Shown here: positions 23,351 through 34,595 of the stretch, piece by piece
How the letters are laid out: each line of letters opens with the position of its first letter
How positions within the stretch are numbered: position 1 is the first letter of the stretch
Assembly: GCA_964016885.1 (NCBI GenBank)
Contig: OZ024740.1
Span: 220,286,001 to 220,350,000 of the forward strand
Source: Eledone cirrhosa
Lineage: Eukaryota
DNA: 64,000 bases
Reading direction: 5' to 3'
The notes under the pieces: generated by a model
Database searches by the model: none
Told to the model about the DNA's origin: nothing
Seen by the model: only the letters and a program-made list of their open reading frames with translations
Position numbers and translations under genes: made by a program

Positions 23351-25465
23351 ATATATATATACTTTGCAATGGTGTACCCTCAAATTTAGTGATATGCTTA
23401 TTCCGAAAGCCCATCTTAGAATTATTCCAAATTAGAGTGACCATGTAGAATGATCTGAAGCCCCACCCAAACACCAAAGCCTAGCCATCGGCCTACACTT
23501 GCCCAAGGTACCATACCTTCTATAACATTAATAGAAGAAAATATAGTGTGAAATATTTACAATAGACTAGATGAAATTGTTGGGTGATATGAATATAGCT
23601 GTTCATATATCCTTTGATCTAATTAAAACCACTTTTTATTTTGCTAACATTTAGTTCAGTTTTGATAATGAGTAATGAATAAACTGGCTGTTGCTTGCAT
23701 TTGTGGTGTCAAAATATATATATGAAACAATTATATGCAACAATGCAAAGTAAACATACTTGATCTGACTCACACCGTCTCTCTTTCTGTCTCCTTCTTA
23801 ATCTTTCAATCTGCACTCCCCCACCCTATCTCTGTAATCTTTCCAGTTTCATGTGCATGTACAGTTTGCTAAGATGTCATAATGTCTCTAGTTAAACGTG
23901 GCTCACTGTTGCTCTCTTCAAGGGCATATTAAATCCTTTTGAGGTCCTTTGCACTTAAAAAACTATGCCCCTCACCCCACCTACTATACATAACATTTGC
24001 AAAATTGTGTTTATTTAAATGACAAATACATTTAATTTGATTAAAATATTGCTCCTCTTGCCTCGGTGCTTTAAACATGTACTTTTTGCTTAATGGCTTA
24101 TCCAGCCCTGTTCAAGGGCCATGAGCTGAAATTAGGATGAATTGAACACAGTACTACAATCTACCATACCCCTATGAACAGCTGAGAAACCCTCTACATA
24201 GCCAGACACAAACTGAGAGAAATAACAGCAAATTCTCCCTCAAATCATACCTTGTCATCTTAAAAGTGAAGGACACATTGGATAATATAGTCCAAGATGT
24301 ATTGTGTTTTGGAACAAAGATGGGATGGTCATGACTGGAATGCTACTATGAGTTCATAGGCTGACTATGAAGGAGTGATGTGAGAGCTGTGAAATCTTGC
24401 ATGCATTAATTTCAAATCTTATTAATGACTGCATTGTTTCTTTCCAGGGACTATGTTGAAAAATAAACCTCATTTGGTCATTCCATGAGAGTATCTTGGT
24501 CAGGATATGAACTTTTCAGCCAACCCTCATAATCATAGGATTAAGTCCCATCTGGTTATAAACAACCAGCCAACACTAGTCCAACCAACTGATAAAGAAT
24601 TATTAGTTATATTCTTCAACTCAATGGAATGGAATGGACTCCATCGATTTCAATAATGAGTGTTCTAGTTGTCCAATCAACAGAAAAACTTGCTCAAGAA
24701 ATTTTTGTGCTGGTGGCTGAACATTCCACAGAGATGTATAGCTTTAATGTAATTCTAAGGGAGATTTAGTATGACACCCTGTGTAACAAGACTGATCCTT
24801 TGAATTACATGTCCAGTTAATCCAATGGGCTTCAAACAGTTTCTGTCTACCTAATTTCTCTCATAAGACATAAGTAGTCCCAAAGTTATTTTTAATTTAA
24901 GCACAAAGCCAACAATTTGTGTGGATGAGGAATGCTAAAGTGTTAAACATAGACATATGAAAAGAATATCTGATTATAATATAAGACACTGCCTAGGATT
25001 TTTAAATAATTTTGGAAATAATCAAGAATTTGGAGGGATTTAGTAATATAACTTTCTCATTATTAAACTAATGTTTGAAACATGACATAAGAAAGGTTGT
25101 TTCATAAAAAGATGATAGGTTTTTAGATGACTACAAACACTTTAAAATAGACAGTTTAGTATGATAGGACATGGTTTCAGACAGTTAGTAATCAAAAGGT
25201 TGATAATTGTTTCTACTTTTGGCACAAGGCCAGCAATTATCTCAGTGCATTACTGGTACTTTATTTTATTGACCCCTTAAGGATGAACGGCAAAGTTAAC
25301 CTCAGCGGGATTTGAACTCAGGCAGATCAATACTGCAGATCGATACTGGAGTCGGGTCCATAACTCTGGGCCACCTTGAGCCAATCCTCTGTGAAACACG
25401 TGTAACAGGTTAATATGCAATAAATATTTTTCATATGTAAACAAAACTTCCTCGTTTTTTTCTAT

Positions 25466-25514
<49 letters not shown>

Positions 25515-25614
25515 ATATATATATAAGGGCAACAGGTGAACCAGATAAGATGTAGTATGGTATCCAGCTTGGTGTCTTTTGTTATCTGCTAAAGTTATCA
25601 TTACCTGAGTGTGC

Positions 25615-26562
25615 CCAGGCACTCACGGCCCTCTGGCAGGCGGACCCGGTTATCAGTGGAAACTCCACCTCGACATTCTATAGAGGGCTGGTACGCAGCA
25701 GGTGCGACGACGCCCTCGGAGAAGCCCTAGACATGGAGGAAGATGAACTGGCCAGCCAGTTCGGTAGGACATTCAGCCCGGGACCTATGGACAACTTCCA
25801 GAAGTCCCTGGTCTGGCAGTGCTACCGAGGGGCTCTACCCGTTCGAGAAAAGCTCTACAGACACGGGCGACCGGGTAGGGACCCCGCCAAAAAGATCTGT
25901 CCCAGATGTGTGTGCGACGAGGAAACACGCATTGGTACACTGCTCGGGCGTAGCCGATCTGTGGGGCTATGTCGAACGACTGCTGTCACGGGTGGGACCG
26001 ATCCGGTTGACCACCGAAGCCATTGTAACGATTAAGCCGCCTCCCCTCTTCAAAAATGAAGGAGAGGAGGTGTTTCTGTGCTTAATAGCCATGGCGAAAG
26101 AGGTTGTATGGTGGACGCGTCTGAAAGGACTGAGGTCAGACACCTTTCTCTCTGGCCAACAACTGATCCGTTTCTGCCGATATCATTTCGGAAGAAGGAT
26201 CAGGATGGAGAGAGAGGTGCTGCACCCCAGCCGTTTTTATGAAAGGTGGGTGAAGGTGGCGAGAATGGCCCGTGTGAATGGGCCTTCTCTCTACATCAGC
26301 CTGTAGGTGGAAAAGATGAAGGAACGAGGGAGCACCCTCTCTCTGTGCTCCTGAAGAGGGGGGTTGCACACTTTTTTCGGGGGTGTGTGCGACCCCCAAA
26401 ACGCCTCCTGCCTATTGAGGACTTTGTTATTTGTTTTATATTTGTTATTTGTTTTATATTTGTTATTTGTTTTCTTTACTCGCCTTTTTGTGTAAACTCC
26501 CCCCCCCCCCCCCTTGTATTTGTCCCCTTCTTTTGCGCCCTCGTGGCAATAAATAGAAATTA
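25615..26562 (+). pseudogene. Tx1/L1-clade LINE 3' fragment (ORF2 C-terminal CCHC zinc knuckle plus 3' UTR)
   Basis: WQCYRGALPV...CPRC..EET / HALVHC...LW...AKEVVWWTR across a frameshift is the zf-RVT-type C-x2-C...H...C motif. T-rich 3' UTR ends with aataaa. Confidence 0.8.
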
Positions 26563-26754
26563 CCTTTCTATTTCTTCAGGACTAATAAAGAATGTACCAG
26601 TAATGTCCTGGTCTATTAAATCTAAATCTGATGTTTTCCTTCCTTCAAAGAAAACATTACTTGTTGTTGTTGTTGTTGTTGTTAATGACTCACACCTGTC
26701 ATGATTGTGGTGGTGGCAGTGGTAGTGGTGGACCTGCAGGTGTGTTGTTGATTA

Positions 26755-28450
26755 TTGTGATGATGATAGTGGTATTCATGATGACTCATTATCATAATGA
26801 CAATGATGATGACGATGATGACGATGATGATGATGATGAGGTGATGATGATGATGATGATGATGATGGTGATAATGATGATGGAGGTGATGATGATGATG
26901 ATGACGATGATGATGATGATGGTGATAATGATGATGGAGGTGACGATGATGATGATGGAGGTGATGATGATGATGATGATGATGATGGTGATGATGGTGA
27001 TGATGGTGGTGGAGGAGAGGTAATAGTGATGATGAGAAATGACTGTTAAGCAGATATATGTATATGACTTCCTACTTTGATACAAGGCCATAAATTCCTA
27101 AAGGGAGGACAGAGGGTGGGGAGGGAGAGGGAGGTACATTTGATGGTATCAATCCTTGCTACATAGGTAAGCGGTATTTTATGAATTTCTGATAGAAGAA
27201 AAACAAAGTTTGAGCCAGGTAGGAAATGGAATTAGAATGGTTTCTAACTTAGACACAACACATAAGATCAGAAGTAGGACCTTACAGAGAAAGAAGTAAG
27301 GTTTTATGCCAGGATGGGCATCTGCCCACCGAATACTGCTTTAAAGAAGTCTTATCTAACCTATGTCAGCATGGGGGGGGGGGGGGGAATAATGGACATA
27401 ATGATGATAATAATGATGGTGGTAATGATAGTGGTGGTGGTGATGGTGATGATGGTGATGGTGGTGATGGTGATGGTGGTGGTAATAGTGATGATGGTTG
27501 TGGTGGTGGTGGTGGTGGTAATGATGGTGATAATGATGGTGGTGGTGGTGATGGTGATGATGTTGATGGTGGTGAATGTGATGGTGATGGTGGTGGTAAT
27601 AGTGATGAAGGTTGTGGTGGTGGTGGTGGTGGTGGTGGTGGTGGTGGTAATAGTGATGAAGATTGTGGTGGTGGTGGTGGTAATGATGGTGATAATGATG
27701 GTGGTGGCGGTGATGGTGATGGTGGTGATGGTGGTGAATGTGATGGTGGTGGTGGTGGTAATAGTGATGAAGGTTGTGGTGGTGGTGGTGGTGGTGGTGG
27801 TAATGATGGTGATGATGCTGGTGGTGGCGGTGATGGTGATGATGATGATGGTGGTGAATGTGATGGTGATAGTGGTGGTAATAGTGATGATGGTTGCGGC
27901 GGTGGTGGTGGTGGTGGTGGTAATAGTGATGAAGATTGTGGTGGTGGTGGTGGTAATGATGGTGATAATGATGGTGGTGGCGGTGATGGTGATGGTGGTG
28001 ATGGTGGTGAATGTGATGGTGATAGTGGTGGTAATAGTGATGATGGTGGTGGTGGTGGTGGTGGTAATGATGGTGATGATGCTGGTGGTGGTGGTGATGG
28101 TGATGATGTTGATGGTGGTGAATGTGATGGTGATGGTGGTGGTAATAGTGATGAAGGTTGTGGTGGTGGTGGTGGTGGTGGTGGTAATGATGGTGATGAT
28201 GCTGGTGGTGGCGGTGATGGTGATGATGATGATGGTGGTGAATGTGATGGTGATGGTGGTGGTAATAGTGATGATGGTGGTGGTGGTGGTGGTGGTAATG
28301 ATGGTGATAATGATGGTGGTGGTGGTGGTGGTGATGATGGTGATGGTGATGAATGTCATGGTGATGGTGGTGGTAATAGTGATGATGGTTGCAGTGGTGG
28401 TGGTGGTGGTGATGATGGTTGCGGTGGTGGTGGTGGTGATAATGATGAGG
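26755..28450. repeat. (GAT)n tract and (GGT/GAT)n complex satellite with ~120-bp higher-order units
   Basis: Tracts at 26755-27030 and 27400-28450. Recurring marker gtgaatgtgatggtgat.gtggtggtaatagtgatga. Confidence 0.92.
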
Positions 28451-28690
28451 TGGAGGAGATCATCTAAAATTTAATCAATAAGACAAGTGTTGAAGAGGTA
28501 ATCTACTTGTTAGTTGAGAAGTTAGATAATAGCTGTAAACAGTTAAAGTCATTAAATCTATAAGAATGTGAAACTAGTTATTTAAACTGTCACTGTACCG
28601 ATTGTGTTGTTATTTCTGTTTACCTTTTACATACATACATACATACATGTATGTATGTATGTATGTATGTATGTATGTATGTGTGTATGT

Positions 28691-28820
<130 letters not shown>

Positions 28821-29000
28821 TCCTCTACTTCCTACGCGTGATCCTAATAAGACTTGGCTTTTGCATCCCTGTGTTAGTATTATTTCTTCAACTATATATA
28901 TATATATATATATATATGTAGGAGGTGAGTTTTATTGTAGTACAATAAAGCAATGCAGATATCGGATAAGAAGCACTCTACAGTTTGTAGGACTGGAGTA

Positions 29001-29224
29001 TACATAATATATAAGAACAAAAGATGGTTAAAAGAGTTCCATGTATTTTATTATGCGCATTGATATGTTGATTTAAAACTGCACTATCCACAAGTGTTTT
29101 TTAACCTTCATATCATGTCTTCCTATTTTATCTGATGAAAACACAAATATTATTGCATGATGATATTTGTTTTTGAAATGCGCATAATAAAATACATGGA
29201 ACTCTTTTAACCATCTTTTGTTCT

Positions 29225-29237
<13 letters not shown>
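29001..29237. mobile_element. Penelope-like pseudo-LTR remnant with an inverted truncated copy
   Basis: ~60-bp near-perfect inverted arms (29001-29061 and 29177-29237) around a hammerhead fold, embedded in (TA)n. Confidence 0.6.
29124..29194 (+). ncRNA. Minimal type-I hammerhead ribozyme fold (Penelope-type)
   Basis: Stem I TATTTTAT/ATAAAATA. Core CTGATGA at 29132-29138. Long stem II at 29139-29174. GAAA at 29175-29178. Palindromic stem III TGCGCA. AUA triplet with predicted cleavage after 29186. Confidence 0.72.
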
Positions 29238-29292
<55 letters not shown>

Positions 29293-29294
<2 letters not shown>

Positions 29295-29525
29295 TCATCA
29301 TCATCATCATCAATTTACGTCTGCTTTTCCCTGCTTGCAAAGGTGGGAGGGGAACTGATTCTGGCTTGATTTCTACAGATGGATGCCCTTCCTAACACCA
29401 ACCTCCTTTACAGTGAGTGCTGGGTGCTTTTTTGCCGTGGCACCTCCACGACCCCAGTCCCTATCATCTCATTTCTACAGCTGAGTAAACTGGAGCAATG
29501 TGAAATAAAGTGTCTTGCTCAAGGA

Positions 29526-29532
<7 letters not shown>
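29293..29532 (-). mobile_element. 5'-truncated CORE-SINE with RTE-type tail
   Basis: Same family; head missing. Confidence 0.82.
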
Positions 29533-29564
<32 letters not shown>

Positions 29565-29668
29565 TATTTGGTGAGGGACATAGTTAATTTATCTGGCAAT
29601 CAATGTTTATCATTGATTGACCAACGGTTAGAAAAAATATATATATATATACATACATACACACATAC

Positions 29669-29748
<80 letters not shown>

Positions 29749-29763
29749 ATATATATATATATA

Positions 29764-30560
29764 CTAGCAGCAGTACCCAGCGTTGCCTGGGTAGGTAAAA
29801 TAATATCTTCTTTGATGAAAAGGTGTTGATCTTAGCGACTGCTTCTCGATGACTCATCTATGGCCACACACAGGCCATGCGGGGGAGGGTGGTGATGACC
29901 TCTATCACTGAGGAACGCGGGTGACTGGCGAAGGGGCATGCTGGGGGAGGGAGTTTTGAATTTGAACGAAATCGGTTGAAAAATGTGGGAGCTAGAGCCG
30001 AAAAGGCGGAAATTTGAGCAAAAAGGTGGTTTTTTCGAATATTTAAGCGGCTGCCACGCCGTTCCTGGACAAAAAATCCAAAATGTAAAGCCACTTTAAG
30101 ACGTGAAATAATCAGATCTAGCTTAGTATAAAATTTGAACAAAGTAGGTTGATTAATGTGGGAGCTAAAGCCGAAAATTTGAGTCTGAAAGTGGTATTTT
30201 GAATATTTAAGCGGCTGCTACGCCGTCCCTGAACAACAAATGCAAAATATAAAGCCATTACAGGATATACAATGATAAATTCTATTTTGCTTTAAAATTT
30301 GAACGAAATCGGTGGCAAAATGTGGGAGCTAGAGCCAAAAATCTTATTTTTTGATACCTAAAAATAGGTGACCCTATCGATTTTTATCGGCAGAATGACT
30401 CCGGAAAAAAAAAAAAAACGATACGCTGATATATAGAAAACACTCCCCGATGACTAATCTATGAGCCTGTAAAGTTTCATGAAAATCGGTCGTAAGATGT
30501 AGGCTCCTATAGGTAATACACAGACACACACCCACATACTTAATTTTATATATATACAGA
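29764..30560 (-). mobile_element. Non-autonomous Helitron
   Basis: On the minus strand it starts TC (30560) and ends CTAG (29764), inserted between A and T with no TSD. Subterminal hairpin acccaggcaacgctgggt. Three ~170-bp internal repeats begin near 29959, 30132 and 30296. Confidence 0.85.
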
Positions 30561-30565
30561 TATAT

Positions 30566-31137
30566 GCATCACCAGTCTGGAACCCCTATCTTGCTCAGAA
30601 CATTGACCGCCTGGAAACTGTTCAGAGACCTGCAACCAAGTGAATACCCTCCATCAGGCATCTACCATACTCTGAACACCTTACTTCCTTGGCATGGATA
30701 CATTGAAGCTCCGACGCCTGGCAACTGACTTGGTAAACACCCACAAAATTATTAACCATCTTGCCAACAACCACCCTGAGCACCTTTTTGATTTCCATGT
30801 GTCTAACACACATGGGCATGCCTACAAAATCAGAAAACAACACAGCTCCCATGACTTTCGGAAACATTTTTTCTCGCTCAGAGTTGCTGAAGCATGGAAC
30901 AAACTACCTGCATCAGTTGTTAGCTGCCGAGACACTGCATCCTTTAAAACCTCCATGCTTTCTGAAATTCACCAACACTACACATGATATCCCTCCTCCA
31001 TACACACGCACACATGTATATCATGACTCATACACTATTCACTTGCCTGACATTTGTATATTATTCTATGTACTATACATGCACCTTTGATGAGTTGTAG
31101 TGCACCTGAGCACTGTACACAATAATTTCATTATTAT
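30566..31137 (+). pseudogene. CR1-clade LINE 3' fragment
   Basis: ASPVWNPYL...LETVQR.ATK, TLKLRRL..DL...HKI, HGHAYKI, FFSLRVAEAWNKLP are typical CR1 ORF2 C-terminal motifs. Contains a stop and frameshift; (att)n tail. Confidence 0.88.
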
Positions 31138-32329
31138 ATATATGTATATACACATACATATATGTATATAGAGAGATAGATATATAGATATATATAGATA
31201 GATAGATATGTGTGTATATATAATACATATATACATATATATATTCGCACATAAACTGATAAGAATAACACCTGTGTTCTAAACTACATCAATATATTAA
31301 TATGAGCTAAGAAAAGAAGTCTATGTGGTCACTCTACTTGCTAGAAATAGCAGCAAAGGTTCTTCAAACCACATATTACCATCATAAAAATGTGTAATAG
31401 GTTGAGTGCCCATGTACTGATTCTCTCAGTGGTAAGTAGAGTAGTTGTGTAAAATCTTGACAGTTTCTGATTTTGTTGATTCTCAGTTCAAATCACAGAA
31501 ATTGATATATTCACCCTTTCATTACCATATTTCTAATGATAGACAGTGCCTGTAATTTTCAAATACTTTTTAAAATAATAAAGACCTTTGAGGGATTTAA
31601 GGTTAGGAGTCATAGTTAGGGGTTAGGGACTAAGGTTAGGGTTTAAAATTTAGATTTAGAGTTTGACAGTGTCTTTATCTTGGTTTGTTTTTGGATCTAC
31701 TGAACAAGGCTGATTAATCCTTTTAATGTTGACTCACCTAAAACTGTTCATGATTCTATGATTCAAAACTACATTTTAAAGTATTTGATTCAAATTTAAC
31801 ACTTTCATGACTCCATTTCTAATGAAAGACACTTTATTTCAATTAATTAATGAAGAATTTTGAGGGGATTTACTAAAATTATTAATTATTTCATTACTAA
31901 GATTGTAACTTAAATGGTTCTTATATAAAATTATGTTGGAAGATTTTAATTTAAATTGGAAACCTTTAAAATGGGTGGTTTTATTTCATAGAACCAGAGC
32001 CACCAGTTTTGGCTGAGTTGGTAATAAAAGAGTTAAACTAGCTCTCAAAAATTATACTTAAGAATCTTCTGTTATATCACAAACAGCAGCTTCATTGTGG
32101 AGAAATTAGTTATTTTATGAAATTCCTTCAAATTGTTATTTGAAAAATTAATTGAAACATATTTACAAAGTATTTTGTAAGAAATCATCATTTTACGTCC
32201 ACATTTCATGTTGGCATGGGTCGGACAGGTCATCATGGCCCTGAGATATGGTCAGAAACCATATCTTGCTTATATGTTCTAAATTTTAGCATGGTTTCTA
32301 CAGCTGAATGCCCTTCCTTTGCTAACTAC

Positions 32330-33365
32330 TGGGTGCATTTTATTATGGCACCATTACAGAGTATTTTGAGTACATTTTAATACTTTATAGAGTACTGGGT
32401 GAATGTTATCATGGCACCAGCACTACCACTTTACAAAGTTTACTGAGTATATTTTAACATGGTATTAGCATTACTTTATAGAGTAAGGGCGGTGGATTGG
32501 CAGTATCAGTAGAGGGTCGGCCGCCATGCTTTGATGCATAGAGTTACGGCCCTTTCCAATCTGAGTTCAAATCCCGTTGAGGTTAACTTTGCCTTTCATC
32601 CTTACGGGGTCGATAAAATAAAGTACCAGTAATGTACTGGCTAATTGCTGGCCTTGTGCCAAAAGTAGAAACAATTACTTTATAGAGTACTGTACGCATT
32701 TTATCATGGCACCTGCACTACCACCTTACAGAGTGTATTGGGTGCATTTCATTATGGCACTGGAACTACCACTTTACAAAGTTTACTGGGTATATTTTAA
32801 CATGGTATTAACATTACTTTATAGAGTACTAAGTGCATTTTATCATGGCACCTGCACTACCACTTTACAGAGTGTATTGGGTGCATTTCATCATGGCACT
32901 GGAACTACCACTTTACAAAGTTTACTGAGTATATTTTAACATGGTATTAACATTACTTTATAGAGTACTAAGTGCATTTTATCATGGCACCTGCACTACC
33001 ACTTTACAGAGTGTATTGGGTGCATTTCATCATGGCACTGGAACTACCACTTTACAAAGTTTACTGAGTATATTTTAACATGGTATTAACATTACTTTAT
33101 AGAGTACTAAGTGCATTTTATCATGGCACCTGCACTACCACTTTACAGGGTCTACTGGATACATTTTATCATGGCACTAGAACTACCATTTACAGGGTGT
33201 AATGCATGTATTTCATCATAGCACCTGCCCTACCATTCTACAGGGTGTACTGGGTGTATTTTAACATTTCATCAGCACTACCACTTTACAGGGTGTACTG
33301 GGTGTATTTTAACATTTCATCAGCACTACCACTTTACAGGGCGTACTGCGTGCATTTCATCATAA
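32330..33365. repeat. RTE-3'-UTR-related ~46-bp minisatellite with a 139-bp higher-order period
   Basis: Near-identical blocks start at 32811, 32950 and 33089. Attached to an RTE-type tail at 32185-32330. Confidence 0.9.
32486..32673 (+). mobile_element. Young tRNA-like SINE (family A) with 16-bp TSD, inserted in a minisatellite
   Basis: ggcggtggattggcag...gagttcaaatccc...ctttgcctttcatccttacggggtcgataaaataaagtaccag...ggccttgtgccaaaagtagaaac. TSD attactttatagagta at 32470-32485 and 32674-32689. Confidence 0.92.
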
Positions 33366-33884
33366 CACTAAGTTAAATATATTCTAATGATTTCCTTCTA
33401 AAGAATATCCTTGTGTATCTTATCAAAACAAAAATCAATATCAGAAAGATCTCTATCCAAATTTTCTGATTGTTGCTATGAATATTTCATTAAGCATACC
33501 TATGGAATTTAGGTGTGGTCCTGAAGAATAGTTCTCCAGGTATATTTATATTACATTTGCAGTAGCGTGGATAGCAGGAGATGATAAGTACAGTGCTTTA
33601 TTTATTTTATTTTTTGGGGGAAACGGCAGGATGAGGTGGGGGGGAAACATTTTTTGTCATTTTTTTTTAAATGAGTATTTTGTTGTATTTGTTTGTGATG
33701 AGGGTGTACTCAAGGACCACCCCAGGCAGCACAAATTTTTGGTATGCCGTTACACACACCTGTGTTATTGTTTCTTTCTGTTGGACAAATGTCATACCTG
33801 TAAGTGCTCTTTGGATGTTACTGTATTGTTTTACTTTCTTTTACTACCCCTTTTGAAGGTTACAGATAATTTCTGGTACGTTTT

Positions 33885-34370
33885 GTGTATATGTGTGTGT
33901 ATATATATATATATGTGTGTATGTATGTGTGTATGTGTGTGTCTATGTGTGTGTTTGCAGGTGTGCATGTATGTGTATGTATATGTGTGTGTGTGTGTTT
34001 GTAAGTGTGCATGTATGTGTGTATGTCTGTGTATGTCTGTGTTTGTCTCTGAATGTCTGAGTGTCTCTGTGTTTGTATGTATGAGTATGTGCGAGTATGT
34101 CTATCTCTCTGTATGTGTATGTGTGTATGTACATATGTGTATGCATGTGCGTATGTATATATGTGTATGTGTGTATGTATATGTGTATATGTGAGTATGT
34201 ATATATGTATGCCTTTGTATGTATATGTGTGTGTTGTGTGTGTGTGTGTGTGTATGTATAAATGTGTATGTATGTATATATGTATGCCTGTGTGTATGTA
34301 TATATGTGTATGTGCATATGTGTATGTGCATATGTGTATGTGCATATGCGTTTGTTATATGTGTGTGTGG
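33885..34370. repeat. Degenerate (GT/AT)n microsatellite (others at 28630-28820, 57655-58020, 59695-60220, 62712-62855)
   Basis: Read directly. Confidence 0.92.
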
Positions 34371-34595
34371 TGTTTATATTGTTAGTATGATAATTGTTTT
34401 TTGTGTTGTTCTTTGTTGCTGCTACTGCTAAGAAGAGAGAGAGATAATAGATTTGGTAAGTTACTAATTTTAGTCCATTTGTTTGGAGCCAGATGTCTGT
34501 GAGTTTAATGTGGTGAAGGGGGGGGGGGGGTCAGGCTGAAGTTAGTGTGTAGACATCTCTGAAGAAGAGATAATCCTAGTGATGTCATCTGCATA

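Noticed and set aside
27314-28474. 386-aa Val/Met and 332-aa Thr/Ile ORFs
   Set aside because: Trinucleotide satellite with several frames open at once; no coding evidence.
31250-31295. ctgataa-stem-taaac hammerhead-like trace (similar at 43880-43930 and 22960-23000)
   Set aside because: Two or more core positions wrong and no convincing stem I.
31600-31650. TTAGGG-like repeats
   Set aside because: Only 3-4 degenerate units inside a MITE-rich patch; not an interstitial telomere array.
32330-33365. CRISPR-like appearance of regular repeats (also 41208-41505 and 47468-47601)
   Set aside because: Head-to-tail tandem units without unique spacers, no cas genes, eukaryotic context.
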